A stretch of 64,000 nt of DNA, taken from Lama guanicoe. Taxonomy: Eukaryota. Under the pieces are notes generated by a model. That model did not search any database. It was not told the DNA's origin and was given only the letters and a program-made list of their open reading frames with translations. The first letter of the stretch is position 1, and the number at the start of each line of letters is the position of its first letter. A program made the translations under genes and the position numbers. The stretch spans positions 6,583,757 to 6,647,756 of the forward strand of contig MU054187.1 of assembly GCA_013239625.1 (NCBI GenBank). The letters run 5' to 3'. This document shows positions 39,291-52,286 of the stretch, in pieces.

Positions 39291-40275
39291 GACCCCGTCA
39301 CACTGACTTTGCGCCCAAGGCGAGTGCCTCCATCCTGCGTGTGTGCTTGCTGGATGCTTTTCTTGCCCTGGACTGGCCTTTATGAATATAAGTCTAATGG
39401 ATCATTTCTTCTCGTTTCTAATCGTCACGTGGGTTCTACTCCTAGCACAGATTTCAGTCACCTACCAAAGGGACACACTGCCTTTAACTCCAACCCTCAG
39501 AAGGGTTGATATGAGGCTCAGTTGAATATGACTTTTATGCGCCTCTCCTGGTGACATCAAGATAATTGGTCTATGTAACTCACCCAGCCAGCAGAGAGCC
39601 CACCTTAGCAGTTATACAGGGCTTCGATCCCTTCGTCCTGGCTTACCGATGGCATTTTGGGTGAGAGAGAATCAGTCACTGGCCTGGGTATAATGAAGTT
39701 AGGATACGGTTAGTCCCACCTGCCTTTGGCACTGGGAACCCAGGTCAGTAAGAGAAGGTGCTTTGTGCTGACCTTTTCAAAGCATTAGTCATTAAATTAT
39801 TTTTTCTATCATCTTCTTTAGTAGAGAGCAAAAAACTCACAGGTAAAATTTTTAGAGGGCTTAGAACTGCTAACATTCCTCTATAAAAATTGTTCCGCTG
39901 ATGGTTTCGGCCTCCATGAATCAGTTGGTGATAGTTAAGAGAGAAAAGAACTCAGCACGGCAGGAAGTTTTTGATTCCAGACCTACTCCTTCGTCCGCTA
40001 GGACTCCTTACGCAAATACCCCAACCTCTCCGAATTCCATTTGCTTCATCTGTAAAGTGTGTGTGGGGTGGGAAGGCAGCAAATATACCGTCTGCATCTC
40101 TGTAATTATGAAGGTTAGGATTACTATTTCAGTCTGACCCAATCAGATAAATTGCCTGAAATTAGTGATAAAACTCAGGTTTCCTTCCATGTAACTGAAC
40201 TCTTCCAAAAGCACGCACAGCTTCTCAACCTGAAAGCACACCATTCGCTACTGGTTGGTTCTTATTTCATCTTAC

Positions 40276-40426
40276 CGAGAAATTGTTGTCTGTCTGACCG
40301 CCGCTTCAGGCTCAGCTTCACCAGGTCTGCGGGGACGTCGGGCAGGCTGGCCACCTCCTCGTAGGTCTCGATGGCCCTGCGCAGAATGTCGTTGCTCCTT
40401 CTCTTCTCAGCCAGATCATCTTCACA
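40276..40426 (-). CDS. ASPH: ASPH coding exon (~exon 17, 151 nt), TPR
   Basis: CEDDLAEKRRSNDILRRAIETYEEVASLPDVPADLVKLSLKRRSDRQQFL(G), inside ORF 40262..40468; acceptor ctccag, donor gtaaga. Confidence 0.97.
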
Positions 40427-41029
40427 CTGGAGGAAGTTCCCACACGGGATAAATGTCCCAGGACACACTATATTTGCAATTACCCCAAATATTTATCAAA
40501 AGGTGACTTTGGGACATACTTTAAAGTCAATTCAAGACAAATTAAAATTTTCTTTCTATCAGGGATAAAAAATAAAGGAAAGCAACATGATGTGCTATTT
40601 TAAAAATATGAAGAAAAGTTAGCTACCAAGCTACAGATGAGAGAGAAGATCATAAAGGCAGGACTGTTACATGCTCGGGCTGATGGAAATGATACAGTTG
40701 TTGTCTGCTGACCCCGATCTGTACTGTACCACGGATAAGAGGAACTTCTTTGCATTCATCTTTCACAAATTTAATTAACACAAATTTAATTAGTATGTTT
40801 TTCAGGTGGAGATAGGAAGAATTTGAGCATCTGGATTTTGAGTGGTTGCCACCTCTAGTTCAGAGCAAAGCATACTTGTTTTATCTCTAGATGTGTTAGT
40901 TTCCGTGTGAGTGTCATACACAAGTGACTGCACTGTCCCCTCCAAAAAGGTGTTGTCGGCTTCTCCTGGGTCTGGAAAATTTCTGCAGCTCTGCATCTGT
41001 TGTTTTCCAGCAGGGCTGACAGCTGACTC

Positions 41030-41980
41030 CTCTGTTAGTCAAACCAAAAACCCGAAGTTGCCCTTGAGTCCCCTCTCTCTCTGACTCTTACATCTAATCC
41101 ATCATCAAGTCCTCTCACCTCTGCCCTTGTCCACTTCTCCTCTCTATGACCAGGACCGCAGTCCGAGCCAGCGCATCTCAAGGACACCTGCCACACTCTC
41201 CTATTCTTCTTGTTTCCACTTTTGCTGCCATAATCCATTCTCCATCCAGTAACCAAAGCAATTTTTACTTAAAAAGCAGCCAGGCGGGCAGGCCCATGCA
41301 CAAACCCCCCTAGGGCTTCCCAGTGCTCAGAGAATGCAACCTGTGAGGCCCTGGCCCCACCTGTCCCTCATCACCCTCCCTCGGCACGCCCCTCCCCTGT
41401 CCCCCAGCGGATCAAGCCAAGGCTGTGTCCCTGCACCACGACCTTTGCCTCTGCTGTTCCCTCTGCCTGAACAGCTCCTTCCTCGACCTTGTCACGTCTC
41501 AGCCACTTGTCACCTCCCTAGGGAGGCCTCATCTCAAGTGTTGTCTGCCATGTCACTCTGGATCACATCGCCTGCAGCCAAAAGAGCTTAATAATATGTT
41601 CTTTCTTCCATGACTTTTTTCTTTGTGGCATATGGCATCATGCAAAATGTTCTATTTACTTTTAACACTTCTAATATTCTTTAAGTATATATTTATTTAT
41701 AAAGACTCAGGGTTTTGCTCAAATGTCCCCTCCTCAGTAAGATCTTTTCCTGCTATGCCATCCAACATTTCAACCCCCTCACACATCCAGTGGCCGTGTT
41801 TGTCTTTATTTTTGTCTCCTGACAAAGTACCCAGTAGCAAGCAATAGATTTTACTTCTGTGTCTCATGCAGTGTCTTCCCCATTACAATGAAAACTCCAC
41901 GTGTTCTGCTGATGGCTGCATCTGCAGTGCCTAGAACAGAGCCTTCATAGAGTGGGCTTCCACTAACAAGTTTTTGAGCA
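41030..41980 (+). mobile_element. L2 LINE fragments
   Basis: gttgcccttgagtcccctctctctct...catctaatccatcatcaagtcc...acctttgcctctgctgttccctctgcctgaa...cagtgcctagaacagagcc. Confidence 0.75.
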
Positions 41981-42008
41981 TGGAACTTTTAAAATATCTC
42001 CCACTGGA

Positions 42009-42601
42009 GGCATATTTCCAGAGGAAACTCTAATTTGAAAAGATACACACACCCCAATGTTCACAGCAGCACTATTTACAGAGCCAAGACATGGAAGCAA
42101 CCTAAATGTCCATTGACAGATGATTGGATAAAGAAATATATATATGTCATATATATATATAATGGAATATTACTCAGTCATAAAAAAGAATGAAATAATG
42201 CCATTTGCAGCGATATGGATGGACACAGAGATTACTGTACTAAGTGAAGTAAGACAAGTATCATCTCACTTATATGCAGAATCTAAAAATAAATGACACA
42301 AATGAACTTATTTATAAAACAGAAACAGACTTACAAACATAGAACGCAAACTTATGGTTACCAAAGGGGAAAGGGTGGAGAAGGAATAAACTAGGAGTTT
42401 GGGATTAGCAGATACAAACTACCATATATACAACAGATAAACAAGGTCCTACTTAGCGTTGGGAACTACATTCAACTTCTTGTAATAACCTATAACGGAA
42501 AAGAATATGAAAAAGAATACATGTGTGTGTGTGTTACTGAATCAGTATGCTGTACAACAGAAACTAACACAACATTGTAAATCAACTCTACTTCAATTAA
42601 A
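42009..42601 (+). mobile_element. 5'-truncated camelid/artiodactyl L1 with 18-bp TSD
   Basis: ORF2 C-terminal remnant (ccccaatgttcacagcagcactatttaca) plus 3' UTR; TSD aaaatatctcccactgga 41991-42008 / aaagtatctcccattgga 42602-42619. Confidence 0.93.
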
Positions 42602-43286
42602 AAAGTATCTCCCATTGGAATATAAGATCCACCAGGACAGAGACCGTGAGGGTGTTTTTTATGATAATCCCAGGGCCTAAAATAGTGTGTGGCCCACAGA
42701 GGGTTTCTGAGGCTATAGATGGATGTGTCAAAACTTCCTGAACTGAGGGCCTGGAAGATGGAGAAAGTCTGATACGGAAGGAGCAGGTGGGGGTGGGAGA
42801 CGGGGATAAGGTAGGTGGTAAGAAATGTCGGCTGACAGAAGCTACCCAGGGGCCAAAGTACATTTCACTCTATTTTAAAAGTCTTCCCCAAGCACAGTTT
42901 GCAACCTCCAGTGATAAAATGAGGTTCTTAAAGCTCTGAGAAGCCTGAAGTGAACACTATGTGGTGGCTCTAAATGGAATAAACATGAAAGTGATGGGAA
43001 ATCAGTGACAAAAGTGTTATTCATTCTCTTCTTCTCAAATCCACAGAGAATCCATATGGAGGGTGAGCAAAAAAATGGCACCTAATTCATCAGTACACAA
43101 TAGCAGTAATTAATTGTCTTATTCAAAACAGTATTTCTTGCTTGAATTTATGCATATGCATGAGAAACTGACTCTGTATGCAAGTTAGAAGGGAAAACAA
43201 AAATGCAAATACTGGGTGGAGAAAATCCAATTACACAGAACACAAGGACATCAAAACAGTGTCTTAGCAGCCTGGTTTCAACATAC

Positions 43287-43373
43287 CTGTGCCTTCCCAT
43301 ATCGCGCCCCTGGACTCTGAGGGTACCTGCGAACAAGTTCTTCAAATGCATTCAGCGCTTCCTCAATTTTTTC
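43287..43373 (-). CDS. ASPH: ASPH coding exon (~exon 16, 87 nt), TPR
   Basis: EKIEEALNAFEELVRRYPQSPGARYGKAQ; acceptor aacag, donor CAG|gtatgt; phase 0-0. Confidence 0.96.
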
Positions 43374-43802
43374 CTGTTCGGAAAAGGCAATTAACAATAA
43401 AAACCATAAATTCAAATGCATAATGTTGTTCAATACAGTTATTTAATATTCACCAAGTAATTTTGTCAAAATTCCCTGGACTCCATTCTGAGTATAAGAT
43501 AATTTTTATCTTAAGATTTTAAATAATTAACTGTATAATGGCAAACAAAACTAGAAATGAATATAAATACAATTCATTTTTTTAAAAGACAGATGCCTGG
43601 CAAATGACGTAATATGAGTCTTTGTTAAAGAAATTGTGTTTTCGCTCTATAAGTACAGTTGCTACATGCATTCTTAAATATATATATATATTTATATACA
43701 TGTAGGATTTAACTTGGGGGGGATGCTGCTGGCAGTTAGTGTTTTGAGGTCTGAGATGAGAAATCTGAAGCATCTGTTAAAACGGTGAAAAATGAGCACT
43801 GA

Positions 43803-43935
43803 GGATGAGAGGACCACTTGCTTACAGAACCTGTCACTTGCTGGACATCAGGGTTGATTTGGCTCAGCTGGTTGCTGGAGCGCCACACTGCCTGTGTCAT
43901 GTGACCCCTCCCAAAGCCCAAGCACCTCTGAGAGG
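43803..43935 (+). pseudogene. Decayed 7SK RNA (RN7SK) pseudogene, 5' part
   Basis: Collinear blocks match 7SK as I recall it: ggatgagagg ~ GGATGTGAGG; ctgtcac; cagggttgatttggctcagctggttg ~ CAGGGTTGATTCGGCTGATCTGGCTG; catgtgacccctcccaaagc ~ CATGTGCGTCCCTCCCGAAGC. Confidence 0.75.
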
Positions 43936-44194
43936 TCTCTGGTCACCACTGCAAGAAAGGAAACGAAGGATGTGCAACAGGTAAACCCGGTGGGTCTCGG
44001 CATGGCGGTGGGGAACTCTCTCCCCACCTTTGTCCATCCAGGGCCATTCCACAGGGCGAAACAAATGTCTCCTGGCTTCTAATGGATGTTAGGACACTGG
44101 AGCCATCAGACAGAGACAGATTTTCTGAGTTGAACCTTACCAGCTGCCCATAAATTGGTAAATCCATAAATTCCACCTGCAAATGCAAGCTCAT

Positions 44195-44330
44195 CGTCCA
44201 TAGGCTTATCTGCCATTTGAAGCTCTTTGGTGAGGTGTCTTTAAAGGTCTTTGGCCCATTTTTTAAATTGGGTTGTTTGTTTTCTTATTGTTGAATTTTA
44301 AGAGCTGTTTGTATATTTTGGATAACAGTT
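44195..44330 (-). mobile_element. L1 ORF2 fragment (antisense)
   Basis: ggtctttggcccattttttaaattgggttgtttgttttcttattgttgaattttaagagc...gtatattttggataacag. Confidence 0.8.
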
Positions 44331-44426
44331 TGAAAAACCACTACTTCATTTCTTCCACAAATGGTTTCAAGAGATAAAGAATTCATGTTAAATATCTTTT
44401 TCTTTGTAACTTTCTTTTCACTACCC

Positions 44427-44861
44427 TGTATTAGTTTCCTGTGGCTGCTGGATAATTCACACACTTGGTGGCTTAAAACAACAGAAATTTATTTCCTCCC
44501 AGTTCTGGAGAACAGAAGTCCAAAACCAGTTTCGATGGAGCTGGAATCAAGACATCGACAGGACCATTCTTCCTCCAGAGGTTCTAGGGGAGAATCTGGT
44601 CCTGTCTTCACATTACTTTCTCCTCTCTGTGTGTACCTGCTCCTATTTTGTCTGTATGAAATTTCCCTCTGCCTCTCTCTTATATGGAAACATGTGACTG
44701 AATTTAGAACCCAACGGGCTAACCCAGGATAATCGGCCCCACCTTAAGATCCTTAACTTAATCATGCCTGCAAAAAATCTTTCTCCAAATACAGTAATAT
44801 TTACAGGTTCCAGGGACTGGGACATGGATGTCTTTTGGGGGACTATTTTCAGCCTACTACA
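44427..44861 (-). mobile_element. MLT1C-like MaLR solo LTR
   Basis: tgtattagtttcctgtggctgctg...ggcttaaaacaacagaaatttatt...aagatccttaacttaatca...gactattttcagcctactaca. Confidence 0.88.
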
Positions 44862-46271
44862 TGTCTTATGCAACTTAAATTGCAAATGTTGAAGCTATTT
44901 TTGTGAAAATCATGCTGAATGCACCATTTCCAGATTTTAAATGTAGAAACAACAATATTCATAACAAAGTTGCTACAGTATTTTGTCCCAGCTTACCACT
45001 CCTTTAATTGGCCATTAAGCTTATAAAAATAATGGAATATTTCGGCTCTGTCCTAGGCGTCCTCTGGATCCCTTAACACAGAGGCTACGTGCTCTTCCTA
45101 AGGGACCATCAGCCCAGCTCTCACCTGGTAAAGTAAATATGTTTGCTTTTATTCTGAAAGAATTTCCCTTCCCCAGCTTCTTACACAGAATACAGCTCCT
45201 GACACCATCATACAATTTTTATTAAAACATTTCAGCTATAAGATAGAATGCTTGTGAAGAATGGCCTGCAAGTCACCCGTTCTTCAACACAGCTCATCTT
45301 TTACCCTAGGACCAAGACAGTTCACTGGAGAGACATGTGCTTTGGCTCCCCCTGTTTTGGCATGAGGCCAGTGGGCTGCGTTGAAGGACATTAAGACTCA
45401 CTCCCGCAGGGACAATGCAGAATCCACTGGTGTGACGTTAGGGAGGGGCCTGTGTCATCCATCAGCGTCCCCTTTATGAAGACCAACAGCAGAACGCTTC
45501 TTTCTGGACCTGGTGCAGAACAGCTATTCTGGGGAACACAATTCATCTTAGAGTGTGATGTTACGCCCCTTGTTCTGACTACAGTTTACTGTATCCCAGC
45601 CCTATTCAGAGCCTGTGGTGTGAACTTGCGTGTGTCAACCTTACTGCGGCTTGATTACGTTTCCCCCTCTTTCTCTTTTCCCCCCACGTACATACAATAA
45701 TGATAAGTGATTCCAACAAGTGATGCCAAATATCTCGGTATATCATTTCAAATCCCTTTTCTAGAGTGTAAGGAGGAGTTTTAAACAATAAGTATTATCG
45801 TTAAAAAATGGATGATGGAAACATAGCTCTACATTTTTGGAGGAAAAATAAAGTGACCTCATACTTCACGGTGCAGAGCGTCTGAAGCTAGGATGTGACC
45901 CGAGATGGGCCTCCTCTGACCAGGGCGTGCTTAGGACCGCAGCTCTTCCAGTGTGGTGGGTGGTGGCATTATTTGAAAATACCCGCTATGAAGACAACCC
46001 TAAAAAACTTAATTATGCTGACGGTTCAGTCAATAACATGGCTCCCTGTGGTTTCAGAAGCAAGAATGGCCTCTGTGGCCCCTTCCTTCCTCCTTTGTTT
46101 ACTCTGCTACCAATGCTACCAAATCCACGGTGCTCCTTGAGAAAAGCATCATCACTTCTCCAAACAAGCAGGAACCGGAGAAGACTCCATGCGTTGTTCC
46201 AGCACTTTTATGTTTCAATGACTTATTTACCCTTTGATAACTGAGCCCTTCTTTACCATTCATTATAATTA

Positions 46272-46479
46272 GGGCTTTGGGATTAGCAGATACAAACTAC
46301 TATACATAAAACAGATAAACCAGGTCCTACAGTAGAGCACAGGGAACTACATTCAATACCTTGTAACAACCTATGATGAAAAAGAATATGAAAAAGATAG
46401 ACACATATAACTAAATCACGATGCTGTACACTGGAAATTAACCCAACATTGTAAATCAACTATACTTCAATTTAAAAAA
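46272..46479 (+). mobile_element. Short L1 3' end (artiodactyl type)
   Basis: tttgggattagcagatacaaactac...cacagggaactacattcaat...gtaaatcaactatacttcaat, homologous to 42397-42600. Confidence 0.9.
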
Positions 46480-47077
46480 TTACATAAACATCCTTCTCAA
46501 AAGCTGTTAGTTTGTTCTTTATCCCCAAAGTCACCTGTGAAATAGGCACCCCACATTTTTGTCAATGGGGTGTAGCACAGGGACAGTGGAGAATGCCCCA
46601 CAAGGTGACAGAAGAAGAAGATGCCTGCTCCACTTCTATTAAGAAATGTGAATTTTCAACAGATAGAAGATGGCTCCATTTTATAAAGTTAAACAAGACA
46701 GATACAGAAATCTTTTGATGTTAATTTAGTGAATAGCGACTTTGCTACAATATTCTTTGAAGTCACTGCATTTGTATCGGCTGCTTTAGAGGGTAAGCCA
46801 GGCCTTGGTCTGGGAACCTTGCCTAACGCCAGTTACAGACGTCTCCATGCTTGTCGGGACATTGCCAACAAATGTGTGGGAAGCACATTCTTGTGCTTTG
46901 GTGCCTAACTTGGGTATTTTTATTGTTGTTGCTTATTTATGAGTTTCCTTTTTCCTTTTTTTTTTTTTTGCAGCCAATGTCTACTGATTAATAACCACAT
47001 TACAGGAAAACTAATGAATATTACACTGAGTATAAATTCAAGTAAAGAGTAGAGAAAGAAATTTTCATAAACAAGTG

Positions 47078-47751
47078 CGGGCAGACCATGGTGATCTCGC
47101 GGGCTTGGTTCCAGACCATCACAAAAAGCGAATACTTGATAAAGCGAGTCACCTGAAAGTTTTGGTTTCCAGTGCATAGAAAAGTTAGGTTTACACATAC
47201 TGCAGTTTATAAAGGCTGCAGCAGCTTTATGTCTAAAAAACACAATGCACGCACCTTAACTAAAAATACTTCAGGGTGGGAAGGGATAAATTAGGAATTC
47301 AAGATTTGCCGATACTAACTACTATATGTAAAATACAAACAAGTTTACACTGTATAGCACAGGGAACTATATTCAATATCTTGTAGTAACCTATAATGAA
47401 ACAGAATATGAAAAGGAACATATGTATATACATGTGTGACTGAAACATTGTGCTGTACACCAGAAATTGACACAACGCTGTAAAATAACTATACTTTAAC
47501 AAAAAATACTTTACTGCTAAAAAATGCTAATCATCATCTGAGCCTTCAGTGAGTCATAATCTTTTTGCTGGTGAAAGGTTTGAAATATCGTGAGAATTAT
47601 CAAAATGTGACACAGAGACACAAAGTGAGCAAATGCTGTTAGAATAATGGTGCCAAGAGACTTGTCTGATACAAGGCTGCCACAAACTTTCAATTCGTGA
47701 AAAACATGATATCTACAGTAAAGTGGAGCACAGTACAATGAGGTGTGCCTG
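47078..47751 (-). mobile_element. Internally deleted Tigger1 (Tigger1a-like) with nested L1
   Basis: Decayed terminal inverted repeats cgggcagacc / ggtgtgcctg followed by TA; internal Tigger1 strings ggttccagaccatc, atcatctgagccttcag, caaaatgtgacacagagacac. Confidence 0.85.
47272..47501 (+). mobile_element. Camelid-type L1 3' end inserted in Tigger1, 10-bp TSD
   Basis: gggtgggaagggataaattagg...gtgctgtacaccagaaattgacacaac; TSD aaaaatactt at 47262-47271 and 47502-47511. Confidence 0.9.
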
Positions 47752-48507
47752 TAGGTGATGGAGTGAAGATGTTATTAAATATATTATAATAAATATTTGG
47801 CCCAATGATTAGATGAACACGACCGAATTAAGAGAACATATAACTTCAATCTAGTGTTAATTCACTATCCTCAAAAAACTGTAATATTCACAAACAAATG
47901 TAAACAATATTTCAAATTAACTGACGACGAAGCAAGACATAAAACAAGCACCCAGGAAACTGGAGGTCCATGAGGTTAACTCCAAGTGAGAAGAATTTTA
48001 AAACTAACATCATTTCACTTCACAGCAACTACCGTTAAGCGTATTGGACTAACCAAATTTTTTTCATTTTGCATCGAGATACTTTAAAATCACAACCCCT
48101 ACTTATATGGTACGCGACAGAACTGATGCTTTTCTTTTTTAAAATCTCATTTGATCTTTACAAAAACCAAGTAGGGAGTACAAAGAGTAGCTATGATTCT
48201 CATTTCTTAAAATAAGGAAACAGAGGCTCAGAATGACCAAGTGATCTGCCCAAAGCCAAACAGCTAGACTGAGATGGAAGCGGGCAGGCTCCCAGGTCGG
48301 CTGGACTCCAGGTAAAGTTCTATTTCTGTTTGACCATTTCAGCTGCAGTTTTTCTTTTCATTTGATTCAATCCACACAGAATGCTGATGCGCCTCCATTT
48401 AAAGGTTCTCTTACAACGTTTTTTAGAAACAAATCAAGAGTAAAGCCTGAGTTTATTTAACGATGAAACCACGGCACATTTCTGTGAGAAACAGAACATC
48501 AACCTAC

Positions 48508-48593
48508 CCTTTTACGGAGTTTTTCTGCAGCATCGAGTTCAGCTTTAATAGTCTTATCAAATTTATTCAATAGTTTAGGCTTCTTTTTCTTAG
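48508..48593 (-). CDS. ASPH: ASPH coding exon (~exon 15, 86 nt), basic linker and start of TPR region
   Basis: Reads (x)KKKKPKLLNKFDKTIKAELDAAEKLRKR; acceptor tttcag, donor AGG|gtaggt. Absent from the ORF track, found by reading the sequence. Confidence 0.96.
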
Positions 48594-51500
48594 CTGAAAG
48601 AAAAAAGGGGATTTTAAATTTTTATTTCACTTTTTCATCTGTAAACAGTTATTAAGAATAGTGATTTACAAAAGTAGGAAGAAACCTAGTATTGGTCCTG
48701 AGCCCATAACGGCAGGAGCAAGCGCATTCCTGGTTCACCCCCCCCCCCATGGCTCACCCCACCCACAGTGAGACCCAGTCAGTTACTGGCAAGGCCCAGG
48801 GGGATGGCCTGAACCCTTGCTCATGTGCTCAAAGGTGTTCTTGGGAGACTGGGTGATACTGGCGTCCTGAAACTCTCAGGATCGTGTCCTAATTTCTGGA
48901 ATGAAATGGCAGGTGTGATTTCTAAACTCTTATCATCAACAGTTTGGCTAAGGCCAAGGACTGCTTACAGCCGTTTTTGAGCTCTTCCACAACATTAGCG
49001 ATCCTCGGATTTGTAGGAGTTAAGGGGCTCAACTGAGCAGGATTTCTTAGTCTAGGGCTGAAGGCCCTTCCATTGCATCACGGACCTAAATTCCAGCATA
49101 TTCCATTCTTTAGCCAGACCGGACCGCCCCACGTTCCCCAAGTAAGACTTGTGTCATTTCTGACGCTAATTTATCCAAGTAAAATGGCTTCTTCCTTATC
49201 AGCTGAAAATATGCCCACCCTTGAAGAGCCAGCTCACAACACACTCAGTCCACACGTCACTCACCCAGCGCTGTTTTCTCTCCCGGCCCCTCCCTATCGC
49301 ACGACTCAAGTCCGGAGCACCTGCGTTCGTCTCTTATAGTGGTTCTTCCCCATATGGCTTTGATGACAATCATTTGTGTGCTTAGTTCAGTCCCTTCCCC
49401 TGCAGGGTGGCACCGTGTCTCAGATGCAAGCTGAATGTACTCGTGCGTACGGAGCAGGAAGTCACAGCCAGCAGGCGGGGCCGGTCCTGCTGGAGGACCC
49501 CCGGCAGAGCCTGCAGGGAGGACGCATGCCGGTGCTCCCTGGACGCCCAGAGCAGGTAATCCTGCGGGCTCGGGCGTGCGCAAGCTGGAACCCTGAAGGG
49601 TAAGCTGGAACTTCCCCAATGTTCCCACGTTAACCTGACACCGTCAATTCCTTCTGCCCATCCCGTGATGAAGGACGAGGGGCCCTCCTTCCTAAGGGCT
49701 CGCCCCACCGCCCGCGCCTGCGCGCTGCCGGCTCCATCCCCTCCGCAGCCCCCTGTGGGCGTTTGACAGCGCTGACCTCTCTGCCATCCTAAAGCCAGCA
49801 AACCAACCAACCAGGACAACCAACCCCTCCCCTCACTCCTGGCTCCCTCTCAACCCTCGGGGCTCCCTCCTCACCCACCACGTGGGCAAAAGCCAGTCTT
49901 CCGGAAGGAAGGAGGCTCAGTGGTTGAGAGTCAGATGGCAGGGGTCTGAGTCCCGCTGTCCTGTCCCAGCTCTGTGACCTAAGCTAAGCTGGTGCTAGAT
50001 GTTTCCAGCCCTCACTGTCCTAATCTATACAATGGGGGGAGAGTTTCCGAGAATTAAAGCAGCACTGCACGTGGTCAGCTGGCACAGTCTTCAACATCCA
50101 GTAAGTGCTCTGTATCTGAGCGCTAATGGTCCCTCCCGCCCTCTCTGCAAGTCCCCCTGTTCCCTTCTCTGTCTGACCTGGCCCCCTGCAGCATCGGACC
50201 CAGCGGACTCCCTCCTTCCCGAGACGACCCCTCTCCCTGACTTCTGTGCTGCCCACTCTCCTGGTTTTCTTCCCCATCTCCTCTGCAGCGCCTGTCCCTC
50301 CGCTGATCCCGGGATGTTGGGCCCTCCAGGGTCAGTCTTCAGCCTCGAAAGGGTTTGCTGTGTTTAACTTCCAAACTCAGCTACGTATTACCCAGTGAAT
50401 TTTCTCCTGCAATACAAGAATGGTAAATCCAGGTGCCTACTGACAGAGGATTCAAGCTCAGATCAGAAACGAAATTCGCTCTTGGCTCACACATTCTGTC
50501 TTGTATTTACCCTGTTTCAGAGGCTGATGTCATATTTGTCTATTATCCAAATCACAAAACTGGTTAGAGAAGCGAGTAAAACAGGGCGAAGAAGGAACAT
50601 GAGGAATTATCTAAAGACTGAAAGTACTTGCTACTACATTTTAGCACTCACTGTGTGCCAGTCTCCAGCCCAGGTGCTTTACACCTGCCTCCTTTTAGTC
50701 TATCAGCCTCCTAGCCATGGGGAACTTAACTTCCCAGATGTGGCCACTGAGATTTCAAAAGGGTTAGTCCTTTGACATCTCCTGTACGGCTGTGAGCATC
50801 ACTGATGCCGTCTTGCTGAAGACCTTTCCTGGCATATGCCTGGTGCCCACAAGACCACTCATAAATGTTGGTTTAGGAATACACGCCCTATGTCCAAGCA
50901 CAAACCCCCCACACCTAGGCTAGCTATCAAATGGTCCCCGTGGCCACTGCCACTGTGAATGCTTCCAGATCATTGTCCACCCAATCCCATCCTGTGAGTA
51001 AGTGACCACATAAGAAACTGATCCCTTTTAATTTTTTGTAGAGATAGGCTGTCCACCCCAGCTCTAAGAGGTGGCACAGCCACAACTGCAGGACAAAGAG
51101 CGGACAGTTGTGGCTCCCGACCCCACCCCAACGCAGGATCCGAGACGCCCACGCTGAGAACCAAAGCATCTGCTCTGCCCGGGGCTGCCATTTGCTTCTG
51201 ATACAATTTTGTATGGCTGATTAAGGACCTTCATTTAACTTTACTCTGAGAAAGAGAGAGAGAAAATGAGAACTTCTCCCACCAACTCAAAATCTATCTG
51301 AAATCTGTATTCGGTCTAGGGAAATACGTACATCCTGAAATACCTCTCATGGTTGTTTCCTGGAACCGGCTTTACTGCCTCTCACAAACTGGCTCCTTGT
51401 CTCTCTCCTGTCACCTCCTCTACCTAAATTTTCCCATGAACTTTGACACTTCCGTGATTTTTTCTCATGGTGGTTTCTATTGGCCTCTATTTCTACCAAA

Positions 51501-51871
51501 GAATACTTTCATTTCAACTTTCGAGACCCAGTGTAAGTGCCATTTCCTTATCAAGTCATCTAAAGACATCTTCCTGTAAAGAAAACAAAAACAAGAACAA
51601 AAAAACCCCACTCTTTTCTTCTGTGCTCATAGGATACTTTGTTTCTAGAAATGGTAAAGTTTCAGGCTGTGCTTCAGTTAGTCATGTATGATGTGCACCC
51701 ACTTCCCCACACCACTGTCCACCTTGCTGGGTTGTTAATTTTTGTGAAAAAAAGAACCGTGTCTTTCTCATAACTCCTTTACAGCACAGTGCATAGCCCG
51801 TCTCATAAAGAATCCTCAGGAAATGCTTCTGATATAATATACATGCAAGCATGAGTTAATCGGGATATTCC

Positions 51872-52286
51872 ATGAAATCTTGCCACTTACCACAACATGG
51901 ATGGACCTAGAAGGTATTATGCTAAGTGAAATAAGGCAGACACAGAGGGACAACTACAGCACGATTTCACTTATGCATAGAATCTAAAAACAAAACAAAA
52001 CAAGACAGAACCAGACTCATAGAGACAGAGAACAAACTGCAGGTCGCCAGAGGGAAGGGGGTCAGGGGGTGGGTGAAACAGGGGAAAGAGATTAAAAGGA
52101 CAAATTTCCAGCTATAAAATAATAGGGACAGAATGTCACATAGTGAACACAGTCAATAATATTGCAACAGCAGATGCTCTCTGAACTTATCATGGTGATC
52201 ATTCCAAAATGTGCAAAAAATATCGAATCACTATGCTGTACACCCAAAAGTAATACTATATGTTAATTATAACTCAGTAAAAAAAA
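51872..52286 (+). mobile_element. L1MA-like 3' end
   Basis: caacatggatggacctagaaggtattatgctaagtgaaataag...gaatcactatgctgtacaccc...A tail. Confidence 0.88.

Noticed and set aside
40764..40792. Short tandem repeat cacaaatttaatta x2, and the T-run/A-run palindrome near 15445-15463
   Set aside because: Ordinary slippage or low-complexity products with no supporting context.
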